From the NCBI GenBank assembly GCA_039187315.1, contig JBCCZQ010000004.1:10675-74674 (forward strand): 64,000 bases of DNA, read 5' to 3'. Positions 19,804-28,595 of the stretch are shown piece by piece. The stretch is from Planctomycetota bacterium (lineage in GTDB: Bacteria > Planctomycetota > Phycisphaerae > Phycisphaerales > UBA1924). The notes under the pieces were generated by a model. That model saw nothing but the letters and a program-made list of their open reading frames with translations, searched no databases and was not told where the DNA came from. A program made the position numbers and the translations under genes. The number at the start of each line of letters is the position of its first letter. Within the stretch, counting starts at the first letter, position 1.

Positions 19804-22152
19804 GTGCCAACCCGTTCATGCCGCTCTCGTGTGCGTCGGTCCGTCCTGCTCTGCTTGACGTCGCTGGTCGCTGTCCCCGCGGTCGGCCAGCTTCAGGCGG
19901 CAGGCGATGTCAACGTGGTGGCCGATCCCGTCGCCGCGGCGGACATCGGCGTCACGCAGCCCGGCGATGCCGTGGTGCGCGTCGTCCCCGGGTCGGCCGA
20001 ACGGCTCGGCCGGGTGCTCGAACTGACCCGCCGCATCTGGTCGGAGCGTGTCGGCCGAGGACCGATCGAGGTGCAGGTCTCTTCCGCGGCGCTCGCGACG
20101 CTGCGGGCCGAAGGCTTCGAGCCAGAGGTGCTGATCCCCGATGTACAGGCCGTCATCGACGCCGAGCGGGCTTCGATCGAGGCCCGCCGCTTCGCGGGCC
20201 GCGCCGATGCCGTCGACCTGCGGACCTACTACCCGTTCGAGGACATGATCGCCTTCGTCAACCAGCTCGCCGCGGAGCGTCCCGATCTGGTCAGCGTGCA
20301 GTCGATCGGCCAGAGCGTCGAGGGTCGTGAGATCTGGACCATGACGGTCACCGCGCCCGGGGACGCGTCCGGCAGAGCCGATGTTGTCTTCAACAGCCTG
20401 ATCCATGCCCGTGAGTGGATCACCGGGCCCGCCACGCTCGAGCTGGCGCGCCAGCTGGTCCGCGGCTACGGATCCGACCCGCGCATCACCAGCATCCTCG
20501 ATCAGACCGTCGTCCACATCACGCCCGTCCTCAACCCCGACGGCTACGTCTACGCGTGGACCACCGACCGCTTCTGGCGCAAGAACAGGCGCAACAACAA
20601 CAACGGCAGCTTCGGTGTCGATCTCAACCGGAATTTTGACATCGACTTCGGCGGCAACGGTGCCAGCGGCGTGACGACCAGTGACATCTACCACGGGCCC
20701 GGCCCGTTCAGCGAGCCCGAGTCCCAAGCCATCCGCGACTTCATGCTCGGCCTGCCAGACCTGCGTGCGCACGTCGATACCCACAGCTTCTCGCAGCTGA
20801 TCCTCTACTCGCCGGGCACCTTCGCCCAGACCGTCCCCGATTTCGCGCGCCTCGCTGAGGTCGGAGCCGGCATCACCCAATCGATCCAGGACGTATTCGG
20901 TGCGTTCTACACCCCACAGCCCGGACTCGATCTCTACGAGGCAGCCGGAACCTTCGGTGACTGGTCCTACGACGAGTTCCGCGAGCTGAGCTACACGTTC
21001 GAGCTCCGCCCGGTCTCAAGCAACCCTGGCTTCGCGCCGCCCGACTTCTTCATCCGACCGACAGCGGAGGAGATCTCCGCCGCGTACCTCTACTTGACCG
21101 AGCGCGCGGTCGCGCCGCTGCGCTTCGTGATGACGCCTCCCGCCGTCATCCGCGCCGACGAGCCGACAACGGTCACGTTCTCGGTGCTCGACGGCACTGC
21201 GGCTCCGTCGTCGACCGTCCGCGCGTTCGCGCGCCCGGATGAAAACGCGGCGTACTCGGAATTGACTGTCCAGCCGCTCGGCCAGGGGCGCTACGCCGTC
21301 ACGCTCGAGAGCGGAGCGTGCGGCGGCGTGGCCGGCCTCTACTTCGAGGCGCTGACCACCGCCGGCGACACCGCGACCTTCCCAGCAGCCGGCGCCGCCG
21401 GACCCATCGCGGTGCCCGTCACGGCCGATGCCCGAGTCTTCATCGACTCGTTCAACACCGACCAGGGCTGGACCGTCACCAACGACCCCGGCCTGACCGA
21501 TGGCGCCTGGGAGCGCGCCATCCCCAACGACACCGGCACGCGCGGCGAGCCATTTGCCGACGCCGAGCGCACCGGCTGGGCCTTCGTCACCGACAACGCC
21601 GTGGGCAACGCCGATGTGGACGGCGGCACCACCACCCTCACCTCGCCAGCGCTCGACGCGACCGGCGGCACCGGGGCGCTGCTCCGCTACAGCCTCTGGC
21701 TCGACAACACCCGCGGCTCCGCGCCGCAGGAGGACGCCCTCCGCGTCGAGCTCTCCGCGGACAACGGCCAGAGCTGGACGCCCGTCGATCAGATCGGCCC
21801 CGCCGGTCCCGACGCCGCCGGCGGCTGGGTCCAGCGCGAGGTCAACGTCGGCCTGACCGTCGGCCAGACCGACAGCCTCCGCGTCCGATTCATCGCCGAG
21901 GACCTGATCAACGGTTCGGTCGTTGAGGCCGGCGTCGACGCCGTCAGCCTGACCATCACGGACGGCTGCCCGAGCCTCGACCCCTGCGATGTCGCGGATG
22001 TGAACAACGACGGCAGCGTCAACGACAGCGACTTCTTCGCCTGGGTGACCGCATTCACCACGGGCGGGCCAGGCTGCGATCAGAACGGGGATGGTGACTG
22101 CTCCGACAGCGATTTCTTCGCCTGGGTCACGGTCTTCACCAGCGGCTGCTGA
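19804..22152 (+). CDS. M14-family zinc carboxypeptidase with C-terminal GC-type double dockerin module
   Basis: The M14 zinc/substrate motifs are present (FNSLIHAREWITGP, WRKNRR, GVDLNRNF, HSFSQLILYSPG, TFELRP). The protein ends CDVADVNNDGSVNDSDFFAWVTAFTTGGPGCDQNGDGDCSDSDFFAWVTVFTSGC. Confidence 0.87.
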   Translation: MPTRSCRSRVRRSVLLCLTSLVAVPAVGQLQAAGDVNVVADPVAAADIGVTQPGDAVVRVVPGSAERLGRVLELTRRIWSERVGRGPIEVQVSSAALATLRAEGFEPEVLIPDVQAVIDAERASIEARRFAGRADAVDLRTYYPFEDMIAFVNQLAAERPDLVSVQSIGQSVEGREIWTMTVTAPGDASGRADVVFNSLIHAREWITGPATLELARQLVRGYGSDPRITSILDQTVVHITPVLNPDGYVYAWTTDRFWRKNRRNNNNGSFGVDLNRNFDIDFGGNGASGVTTSDIYHGPGPFSEPESQAIRDFMLGLPDLRAHVDTHSFSQLILYSPGTFAQTVPDFARLAEVGAGITQSIQDVFGAFYTPQPGLDLYEAAGTFGDWSYDEFRELSYTFELRPVSSNPGFAPPDFFIRPTAEEISAAYLYLTERAVAPLRFVMTPPAVIRADEPTTVTFSVLDGTAAPSSTVRAFARPDENAAYSELTVQPLGQGRYAVTLESGACGGVAGLYFEALTTAGDTATFPAAGAAGPIAVPVTADARVFIDSFNTDQGWTVTNDPGLTDGAWERAIPNDTGTRGEPFADAERTGWAFVTDNAVGNADVDGGTTTLTSPALDATGGTGALLRYSLWLDNTRGSAPQEDALRVELSADNGQSWTPVDQIGPAGPDAAGGWVQREVNVGLTVGQTDSLRVRFIAEDLINGSVVEAGVDAVSLTITDGCPSLDPCDVADVNNDGSVNDSDFFAWVTAFTTGGPGCDQNGDGDCSDSDFFAWVTVFTSGC

Positions 22153-22552
22153 GCAGCACCGGACCGAGAGAGCGGGCTACGACCCCTAGTGGGCCCGCTG
22201 GGCGTTGGTCCGAGAACTTGTATCTCTCCAGAGCCCCGTGCGGGCTGTTCTGGCCGGTGGTGCCTGCCCGTCCGTCGCGTGGAGGCCCCGCAATGTGTGA
22301 ATACACCGCCGATGCTCCGCTGGCATCTTGACGCGGCTGCGGCAGCCTGTACCCTCACAACTGAGGGATAGGGAGGGACAAGGACCGGTCAGTCTCGCCG
22401 ATTCGTCGGCACAGGCAACCGGAAGGGGTGGGCGGAGCCCGCGTGCGATTGCCATCGTGCCCACGCAATACCGCTCGACAAGCCGCCCCACCCCCTACCC
22501 CTTTTTTGTCGAATGCGTGGGAAGTCGGCGGCAGGCGGCCAGGGCCCGACGG

Positions 22553-23761
22553 CTATTCCTCTTCGATCTGGAGCACCACGGCCTGCTCGTGCACGATGCC
22601 GAGATCGCTATCGGTGATCTCGACGAGCATCGGCACCGCGCCCGAGCCCAGCGGGGCCTTGACGACGAACCAGAAGTGCGCCCGTGTCGTCGCACCCGGC
22701 GGCAGGTCGCCGACTACCGCGCGGCCGACACGCACGCTCGCGGTCCCGGCCTCGGGCGACCGCAGGTGCGCGACCGAGCCCCGAAGCGTGCTATCGCCGA
22801 AGTTCCTGACTTCCAGCACCATGTGCAGATCGTCGCCCGGGCGCAGCTTGCCCTCGTGGCCCTCGCGGATCGACCGCCCGTGCCGATCCGGCGTGACATC
22901 GATCGCCACGTCCAGCGCCGGCGGCGGGAGCGGGCTGACGCCGATCGAGATCGTCTCGGGCGTGGTGACCTCCGCGTCATGCAGCTCCGTTGCCCAGGCC
23001 CGCAGGGCTACCGAATCGGCACGCAGCGATCGTGGGAGCCGCCGGCGCTGCGAGAGCTCCAGCGTCTCGCCCGGCTCAAGCCAGCCGAAGTCGACTTCCA
23101 CGGGTTCGACCGCAGCGCCCTGTTCGTCCGCGGGCTCGATCACGCCACGCAGCCGGTAGATCGACCGCTCCCCGGTGTTGCGTGCCCGTGCATGGATGAT
23201 GAACGTCTCGCCCGCGGCGACCGTCGGCGGATCGATGCGGAACTCCATCGCCGCAGCGCCGCCCGGACCACCCGGCCCGGTCCGCTGGCGTCCACGCCGC
23301 AGCGAGATATCCGCCATCCGGTCGATCGTCGCCTGGTCCAGCTGCGCCGTCGCCAGCTCGACCAACTCGCCAAGGATCATCGCGTCGAGCGTCACCGGCC
23401 CCGGCTTGAGCGCCCGGAACCCCGCCGGCGTCCGCGCGAGCTCGAAGCAGGTCCGTCCTCGCTCGCTCGGCACGCGGAAGATCGGTCGCGAGAGCGACGG
23501 GCCTGACAGCCGCAGCTCGAACGCGCTGCCCGGCATCAGCGAGTTGCTGCCCGAGACGGAACCGGTGACCGGGCCCGACAGAGTCACGCACAGCCCGCCG
23601 GAGTCGGCCGACCAGATCGCGCTGACGACGCTCGGCACCGTCGGCGCCGGCGGAGGCGACGGCCTCGTCGCACAGGACGCCAGACTGGTTGCTCCGACCG
23701 CGAGCGCGGCACACGCAGCCACACGCCGCAACGACCGCCTCGCAAACCCGGCCGGGATCAT
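22553..23761 (-). CDS. Lipoprotein with Ig-like (CARDB-type) repeats
   Basis: I trimmed the track ORF to the Met at 23761 (MIPAGFARRSLRRVAACAALAVGATSLASC), which gives a lipobox L-A-S-C. Its ATG overlaps the upstream stop as ATGA (23758-23761). Two beta-rich repeats follow, each containing ...PGETL/ PGDDL... motifs. Confidence 0.65.
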   Translation of the reverse strand: MIPAGFARRSLRRVAACAALAVGATSLASCATRPSPPPAPTVPSVVSAIWSADSGGLCVTLSGPVTGSVSGSNSLMPGSAFELRLSGPSLSRPIFRVPSERGRTCFELARTPAGFRALKPGPVTLDAMILGELVELATAQLDQATIDRMADISLRRGRQRTGPGGPGGAAAMEFRIDPPTVAAGETFIIHARARNTGERSIYRLRGVIEPADEQGAAVEPVEVDFGWLEPGETLELSQRRRLPRSLRADSVALRAWATELHDAEVTTPETISIGVSPLPPPALDVAIDVTPDRHGRSIREGHEGKLRPGDDLHMVLEVRNFGDSTLRGSVAHLRSPEAGTASVRVGRAVVGDLPPGATTRAHFWFVVKAPLGSGAVPMLVEITDSDLGIVHEQAVVLQIEEE

Positions 23762-26391
23762 GGCGACTCGTCCGGCGTCCAGAGCAGACGAACACCCGTC
23801 CGCGCGTCGCCTCGGTCCCGCGGCACAAGCTCGTGCCGCGCCGCGGCCCGGACCGCCGAAGCGGGCGACAGGTACGACCCGCCGCGCGTCATCGTCACCT
23901 GCTCGCCGTGACCGAGGTCGGGGGCGATCACCAGCTCCGCCGCGTTGCCGAGGCTGTCGTACAGCCCCCATGCGTTGGGCGCGAGCGTGCCGACAGGCTT
24001 GAGCTCGGCCCCGGAGCTGGCCAGATACCACGCGGCGTCACCGGCCGGCATCCCGCTGCGCAGCTCGGTCGAATCCGCCCTGCACGCGTACTCCCACTGC
24101 GACTCGGTTGGCACGCTGAATGTGCCGGGCCCAAGATCGGTCAGCCGGGCAGCGAGCGCCAGCGCATCGTCGAGGGTCAGCCCCGTCGCCGGCAGGTCGG
24201 AGCCGATCGCCGGCGGGACATCGCCGGTTGCCCGCGCCAAGTCCGCTCGCGTCAGCTCCGTTGCCATGATCCAAAACGGTCTCTCGATCCGCACGCGCCG
24301 CAGGTCCTCGGTCGACCGCCGTCCTGGCTCGTCCGCCTGGCTGCCCATCATGAACACGCCGGGCTCGATGTACCGCACCGCGACCGTCCAGCTCGGGCCC
24401 AGCTCCACAACGCCCGCCCTGGCCAGCTTGGCCGAACGCTCGAGTTCATCGATCAGCGGCTCTGGCGCGGCCGATCGGATCGACTCGATCTCCCGGCCAG
24501 CTGCCCGCAGCTCGCGGCGGCCGATCATCGACTCGATCGAAGCGATCCGGGCCCGCGCAGCGCCCGCGGCCTCGACGTACCCGCCCCGCGCTGCCCGCAG
24601 CAGCTCGGCCGCTTCGCCGAACGAGCCCGTGTCGGCCAGACGGCGACCGCGCTGGTGCCGTGTCTGGGCGAGCTCGAAGACCTCGCTCGCCAGCCCGGGC
24701 GCACCGGCCGCTACGGCGTGGCCGCGAGCCGAATCCGCGTCACGGCTCGCCCGGCCGACCGCTTCGCCGAACGATTCAGCCGAGCGGTCGCGGTCCGCGT
24801 CTGCCGATCCATCCGCGTCGGCCGACGCGGCATCACCCGCCAGATCGGTCCCGGCTTCGATGCCCGCGGCGGCTGCTCCGCCGCGCGCATCCTTCCCGAC
24901 CGCGTCGTCGTCGTCGACAGCCACCGCTTCGTCTGTCTCGGTGCTTCGCACGAGCGGGTTGAAGTCAGCCGGGCGCGATTCGATCGGTGCCGTCGGCGTG
25001 GCCTGCGCGGTTGTCTCGTCGAGCCCGGGGACCTCGGTCTTGGCTGTCAGCGTCCAGGCGACATAGCCCGCAGCGCCGAGCATCCCGAGCGACCCGATGG
25101 ATGCCGCCGTGGCGACCGTCCGGCGGCGCAGCCTGGCCCGCTTGCCAAGCCGCACGTGCTCCTGCGCGGCGGGGTCGTCCGGCCGCAGCTCAAGCACCCG
25201 CTGCCAGGACCCGAGGGCGTCCGCGTATCGGCCGGCGCTGGCCATCTGCTCGCCCAGCCCACGCAGCCGCGTCAGCTCCGCCAGCCGCTGACGCTTCTGG
25301 CCTGCCAGTCGGATGACATGGTGGTCGGCCGGGAAGCGTTGGATGAGCTTGCCGAGAGCATCGAGCGCGCCCGCGTAGTCGAAGGACGATTCGCGGTCCG
25401 CCACCTCCCGGGTCAGCTCGTTCTTCTCGGCTTCGAGCGCGTCGGCCCGACGGAGCAGGACCATCGCCTCGGCGCTCTCGGCGTTGACCTGCCTTGCCTC
25501 CTCGCCGGCGGCACGCATCGCCGCGAACGAGCCCGAAAGCTCGGCCTCGCGCCCCTTGCGGACGAGATCGGCCTCGCTCAACGGACCCTCCTCCAGCTCG
25601 CTGGCACGCAGCTCGCGCAGGAACAGCTCCATCGTCGATTGCCGCGATGCCACCGAGCGGCCCATCGCGTGCCGGATCACCGGCCGGACGGACTTGGGCA
25701 GCTCCAGCACATTGACGGTCCCGCGCGAGACGCCGGTCAGCAGCTGGCAGAGCGTGCGAGCGACGCCGCGGACGTCCTGCCGTCGCGCGCGCGGCTCGTC
25801 GTCGGCATCGAGCCCCGCGATCGAGAAATCAACCACCTTGAGCGACCCGTTGTCCTGGATCAGCACGTTCGAGCCGCGGAGCGAGCCGTGGTACAGGCTC
25901 GATTCATGCGCAGCGATCAGCGCCTCGCCGATCTGACCGATCAGCTCGACGGCCTTGGCCAGCTCCATCGCGCCGTTGGTCGCGACGTAGCGCGACAGAT
26001 CGGGTCCGTCGATGTACTCGCTGACGATGTACGGGCCGCTCGCGTCCTCACCCACCTCAAAGACGCGCGCGATCGACGGGTGGCGCACCGACGCTTGGAG
26101 CTCGGCGGCCTTGAGCGCCAGGCCGACCGCCTCCCGCAGCGGCTCGTCGGTGCGCAGCCGCTTGACGACGACCTGGGCGTCGTTCAGGCGGTCGCGTGCG
26201 AGGAGCACGACGCCCCGGCGCCCGGAGCCGATCCGCTCGATCGCTTCGTACCGCCGACCGATGACGCTGCCGATGACGTCCGAAGCCTCGCCGGGCTTGG
26301 GCTCGATCGCCGTCCCGTCGGGCACGTCGCCGCCGACGAGCCGCACGGGCGTCGGCGGCCGGTCGCTGCGTTGGCTGCGGTCCTGATCCAC
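23758..26391 (-). CDS. Membrane-spanning Ser/Thr-kinase-like (probable pseudokinase) protein fused to a formylglycine-generating-enzyme (SUMF1/FGE) family domain
   Basis: The kinase fold is recognisable (IGSGRRGVV, VVVKRL) but has the degenerate catalytic loop LYHGSLRGSNVLI and DFS in place of DFG. A central TM helix (ASIGSLGMLGAAGYVAWTL) and a helical repeat region follow. The C-terminal FGE-like blocks are FMMGS..., NAWGLYDSLGNAAELV and TRGGSY. Confidence 0.8.
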   Translation of the reverse strand: MDQDRSQRSDRPPTPVRLVGGDVPDGTAIEPKPGEASDVIGSVIGRRYEAIERIGSGRRGVVLLARDRLNDAQVVVKRLRTDEPLREAVGLALKAAELQASVRHPSIARVFEVGEDASGPYIVSEYIDGPDLSRYVATNGAMELAKAVELIGQIGEALIAAHESSLYHGSLRGSNVLIQDNGSLKVVDFSIAGLDADDEPRARRQDVRGVARTLCQLLTGVSRGTVNVLELPKSVRPVIRHAMGRSVASRQSTMELFLRELRASELEEGPLSEADLVRKGREAELSGSFAAMRAAGEEARQVNAESAEAMVLLRRADALEAEKNELTREVADRESSFDYAGALDALGKLIQRFPADHHVIRLAGQKRQRLAELTRLRGLGEQMASAGRYADALGSWQRVLELRPDDPAAQEHVRLGKRARLRRRTVATAASIGSLGMLGAAGYVAWTLTAKTEVPGLDETTAQATPTAPIESRPADFNPLVRSTETDEAVAVDDDDAVGKDARGGAAAAGIEAGTDLAGDAASADADGSADADRDRSAESFGEAVGRASRDADSARGHAVAAGAPGLASEVFELAQTRHQRGRRLADTGSFGEAAELLRAARGGYVEAAGAARARIASIESMIGRRELRAAGREIESIRSAAPEPLIDELERSAKLARAGVVELGPSWTVAVRYIEPGVFMMGSQADEPGRRSTEDLRRVRIERPFWIMATELTRADLARATGDVPPAIGSDLPATGLTLDDALALAARLTDLGPGTFSVPTESQWEYACRADSTELRSGMPAGDAAWYLASSGAELKPVGTLAPNAWGLYDSLGNAAELVIAPDLGHGEQVTMTRGGSYLSPASAVRAAARHELVPRDRGDARTGVRLLWTPDESP

Positions 26392-26438
26392 GAACCAAAA
26401 GGATACGCCGCCCGCGGGGTTGGCCCCCGCGGGCGGCG
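26392..26438 (-). terminator. Rho-independent terminator downstream of the MCP gene
   Basis: A 14-bp perfect GC stem CGCCGCCCGCGGGG / CCCCGCGGGCGGCG (26406-26419 / 26425-26438) is followed on the minus strand by TATCCTTTTGG. Confidence 0.6.
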
Positions 26439-26494
26439 TGGAGTGATCCGCGGCCAGAATCGGCCCCGGTTTCGGGCCGGCTTGAGGCCCTCGG

Positions 26495-28282
26495 CTACAG
26501 CTTGAAGCGGTTGACCTCGGCCTGCAGGGCCTCGGCGGCCTGGCTCAGCTGCGTCGCGGCCTGCGCGGCCTGCGAAGCACCTTGTGCCGACTCGCCCGTC
26601 ACGGCGTTGATCGCCTCGGTCGACTGCGCGATCTCGTCCGAAGCCGACGCCTGCTGCTGCGCGGCGGCGGAGATCGACTCGACCACGCCCCGCAGGTTCT
26701 CCGAGCCCGCGACGATGCGCTGCAGCGCCTCGCCCGCGGTCGTCGCCAGGCGGACGCCCTCCTCAACCCGTTCGGTCGATGTCGTGATCTCTGTGACCGC
26801 GCGCTCCGTCTCGCCCTGGATCTCCCGGATGCTCTTGGCCACTTCTTCGGTCGCGCTGGTGGTCCGCTCGGCGAGCTTGCGGACCTCGTCGGCGACGACG
26901 GCAAACCCACGGCCGTGCTCGCCGGCGCGGGCGGCTTCGATCGCCGCGTTGAGCGCCAACAGGTTGGTCTGGTCGGCGATCTCGTTGATCACGGAGATGA
27001 TCTCACCGATCTGCTCGCTCTTGGCGCCGAGCTCGCGGACCGCTGAAGCTGAGGCGTTGACCTGCTCGCTGATCGCGTGCATCTCGCCGACGGTCTGTCC
27101 GACCACCTCGCCGCCCTCGGTCGCGTCCTCGCTCGAGGTCCGCACGGTGTTGACGGCCTCGCTGCTCTTGGACGCAACCTCGCGCACCGAGCCGGACATC
27201 TGCTCGACCGCCGCCGAGACCTGGCCCGTCTGCATGCGCTGGTGCTCGAGCCCGTTGGCCATCTGCTCACTCGAGGCCGCGATCTGTGTCGCAGCCGCCG
27301 AGACCTCACCCGTGGCGCCGCGCACCTGGCTGATGATGCCGTGCAGGCCGTCGAGGAACTGGTCGAACCACTTGGCCAGCTGCCCGATCTCGTCCTCGCG
27401 CTTGAGGCTGATCCGGGTGGTCAGGTCGCCGTCGCCCTGCGCGATGTCCTTGACGACCGCCACGACGTTCGAGACCGGCCGGGTCACGAGCATCCGCAGG
27501 AAGTAGACGAACAGGCCCATCCCCAAGACCACCACGGGCACCGTCCACATGGCGCCCGTCTGGAAGAAGCCGGCGACCTGCGCATCGACCGTGTCCAGCG
27601 GCATCGCCACCTCAAAAGCGCCGTGCATCTGCCCAGGCTCCCACCCCTCCATCGTGAAGCCGAGCAGGTCCTTGCCGTCGCCGTCCGGGTCCCCGAGCGG
27701 GTGGCCCGGCTGCCCGTGGCAGGTCATGCAGGTGTCGTCGAGCTTGATCGCCCGGAGGTAGTGCAGCGTGTTCGTCTCGCTGTTGATCCCGGTCACGATG
27801 TCTGAGCCGCCCGAGGCGACCTGCGACTGCAGCTCTGTGAGCAGCCCGCCCAGGTACGACGCGGGATCCGGCTCGTTGTCCTTGTTCCGGGCCTCGTACG
27901 CGATGACGTGGAACGAGATCCCCTCGCGCTCGGCCGCCTCCGACGCAGCCTTCCAGCCAGCGACGACCGGCACCGAATCAAAGAACTTGGTCTCTGAGTA
28001 GTGCCCGCCCGCCTCCATGTGGGCGATCGCCTCCGCGACGAGCTTGTCCGTGTCGATCGCGCCGCTGGCGAACAGATCCGCCTCGTGGTTCTTGGCCGCA
28101 TCCGCGACTGCCGTGAACGCCCCGGCCTTCTGCGTCATGACCTTGGTCATGTCCTCGCGGTAGCCGCTCAGGAAGACCGTGTAGTTCACCACCAGCACGG
28201 CCAGCACGGTGATGACCGCGAGCGTCGTGATCTTGGCCGATAAGCCCAGCGACTTGATCCAGGACATGGTCTTCCCCTTCAT
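26495..28282 (-). CDS. Methyl-accepting chemotaxis protein with periplasmic c-type-heme (CxxCH) sensor domain
   Basis: The layout is TM1, a periplasmic domain with CMTCHG (DUF3365/Tll0287-like), TM2, HAMP, and a highly conserved signalling hairpin ([40 protein letters not shown]). Confidence 0.9.
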   Translation of the reverse strand: MKGKTMSWIKSLGLSAKITTLAVITVLAVLVVNYTVFLSGYREDMTKVMTQKAGAFTAVADAAKNHEADLFASGAIDTDKLVAEAIAHMEAGGHYSETKFFDSVPVVAGWKAASEAAEREGISFHVIAYEARNKDNEPDPASYLGGLLTELQSQVASGGSDIVTGINSETNTLHYLRAIKLDDTCMTCHGQPGHPLGDPDGDGKDLLGFTMEGWEPGQMHGAFEVAMPLDTVDAQVAGFFQTGAMWTVPVVVLGMGLFVYFLRMLVTRPVSNVVAVVKDIAQGDGDLTTRISLKREDEIGQLAKWFDQFLDGLHGIISQVRGATGEVSAAATQIAASSEQMANGLEHQRMQTGQVSAAVEQMSGSVREVASKSSEAVNTVRTSSEDATEGGEVVGQTVGEMHAISEQVNASASAVRELGAKSEQIGEIISVINEIADQTNLLALNAAIEAARAGEHGRGFAVVADEVRKLAERTTSATEEVAKSIREIQGETERAVTEITTSTERVEEGVRLATTAGEALQRIVAGSENLRGVVESISAAAQQQASASDEIAQSTEAINAVTGESAQGASQAAQAATQLSQAAEALQAEVNRFKL

Positions 28283-28460
28283 GACCGCGTCAACAACCGC
28301 GACCCGGCCGCCGCCGAGCGCACGAGGCGGCTATCGGCGTAAGCCAATGCCGTATGAAGGGGGAGTTGTTTGGTTCGCCCGATTCTGACCGGCCCGTCCC
28401 TCGACAGGGGGAGAGACCGGGCGGCCAGGCCATATCAGCCCGTTGTGGGGCACAGAGCAA

Positions 28461-28544
28461 TGCGGGCGACAGGACTTGAACCTGCACAGCCTTGCGGCCA
28501 CGGGAACCTAAATCCCGCGCGTCTGCCAATTCCGCCACGCCCGC
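28461..28544 (-). tRNA. tRNA-Leu (anticodon TAG)
   Basis: The minus-strand sequence GCGGGCG TG GCGG AATTGGCAG A CGC G CGGGA TTTAGGT TCCCG + long variable arm + GCAGG TTCAAGT CCTGT CGCCCGC A folds as a class II cloverleaf. The track ORF 28290-28538 (MAELADARDLGSRG...) is simply its translation. Confidence 0.88.
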
Positions 28545-28595
28545 GTGGGCCGACGCTCCGGCGCGAAAGCGCCGGCCGTCGCCGCCCTATAATCG

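Noticed and set aside
22186-22491. 101-aa minus-strand and 60-aa + strand ORFs in the convergent spacer
   Set aside because: Neither has an SD or a recognisable motif, and both have odd composition (Cys/Arg-rich). RNA structure explains the region better.
22153-22552. Assigning the structured spacer to SRP RNA, tmRNA or RNase P RNA
   Set aside because: I could not find hallmark motifs by eye, such as GAGGAAAGUCC for RNase P, a tRNA-like acceptor plus tag ORF for tmRNA, or a convincing SRP helix-8 GGAA/AGCA loop pair. I left it as an unclassified candidate.
23689-26505. 938-aa + strand ORF
   Set aside because: It is antisense to the kinase-FGE gene and consists of R/G/P/A-rich noise.
28290-28538. 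82-aa ORF MAELADARDLGSRGRKAVQVQVLSPALL...
   Set aside because: This is the spurious translation of the tRNA-Leu(TAG) gene.
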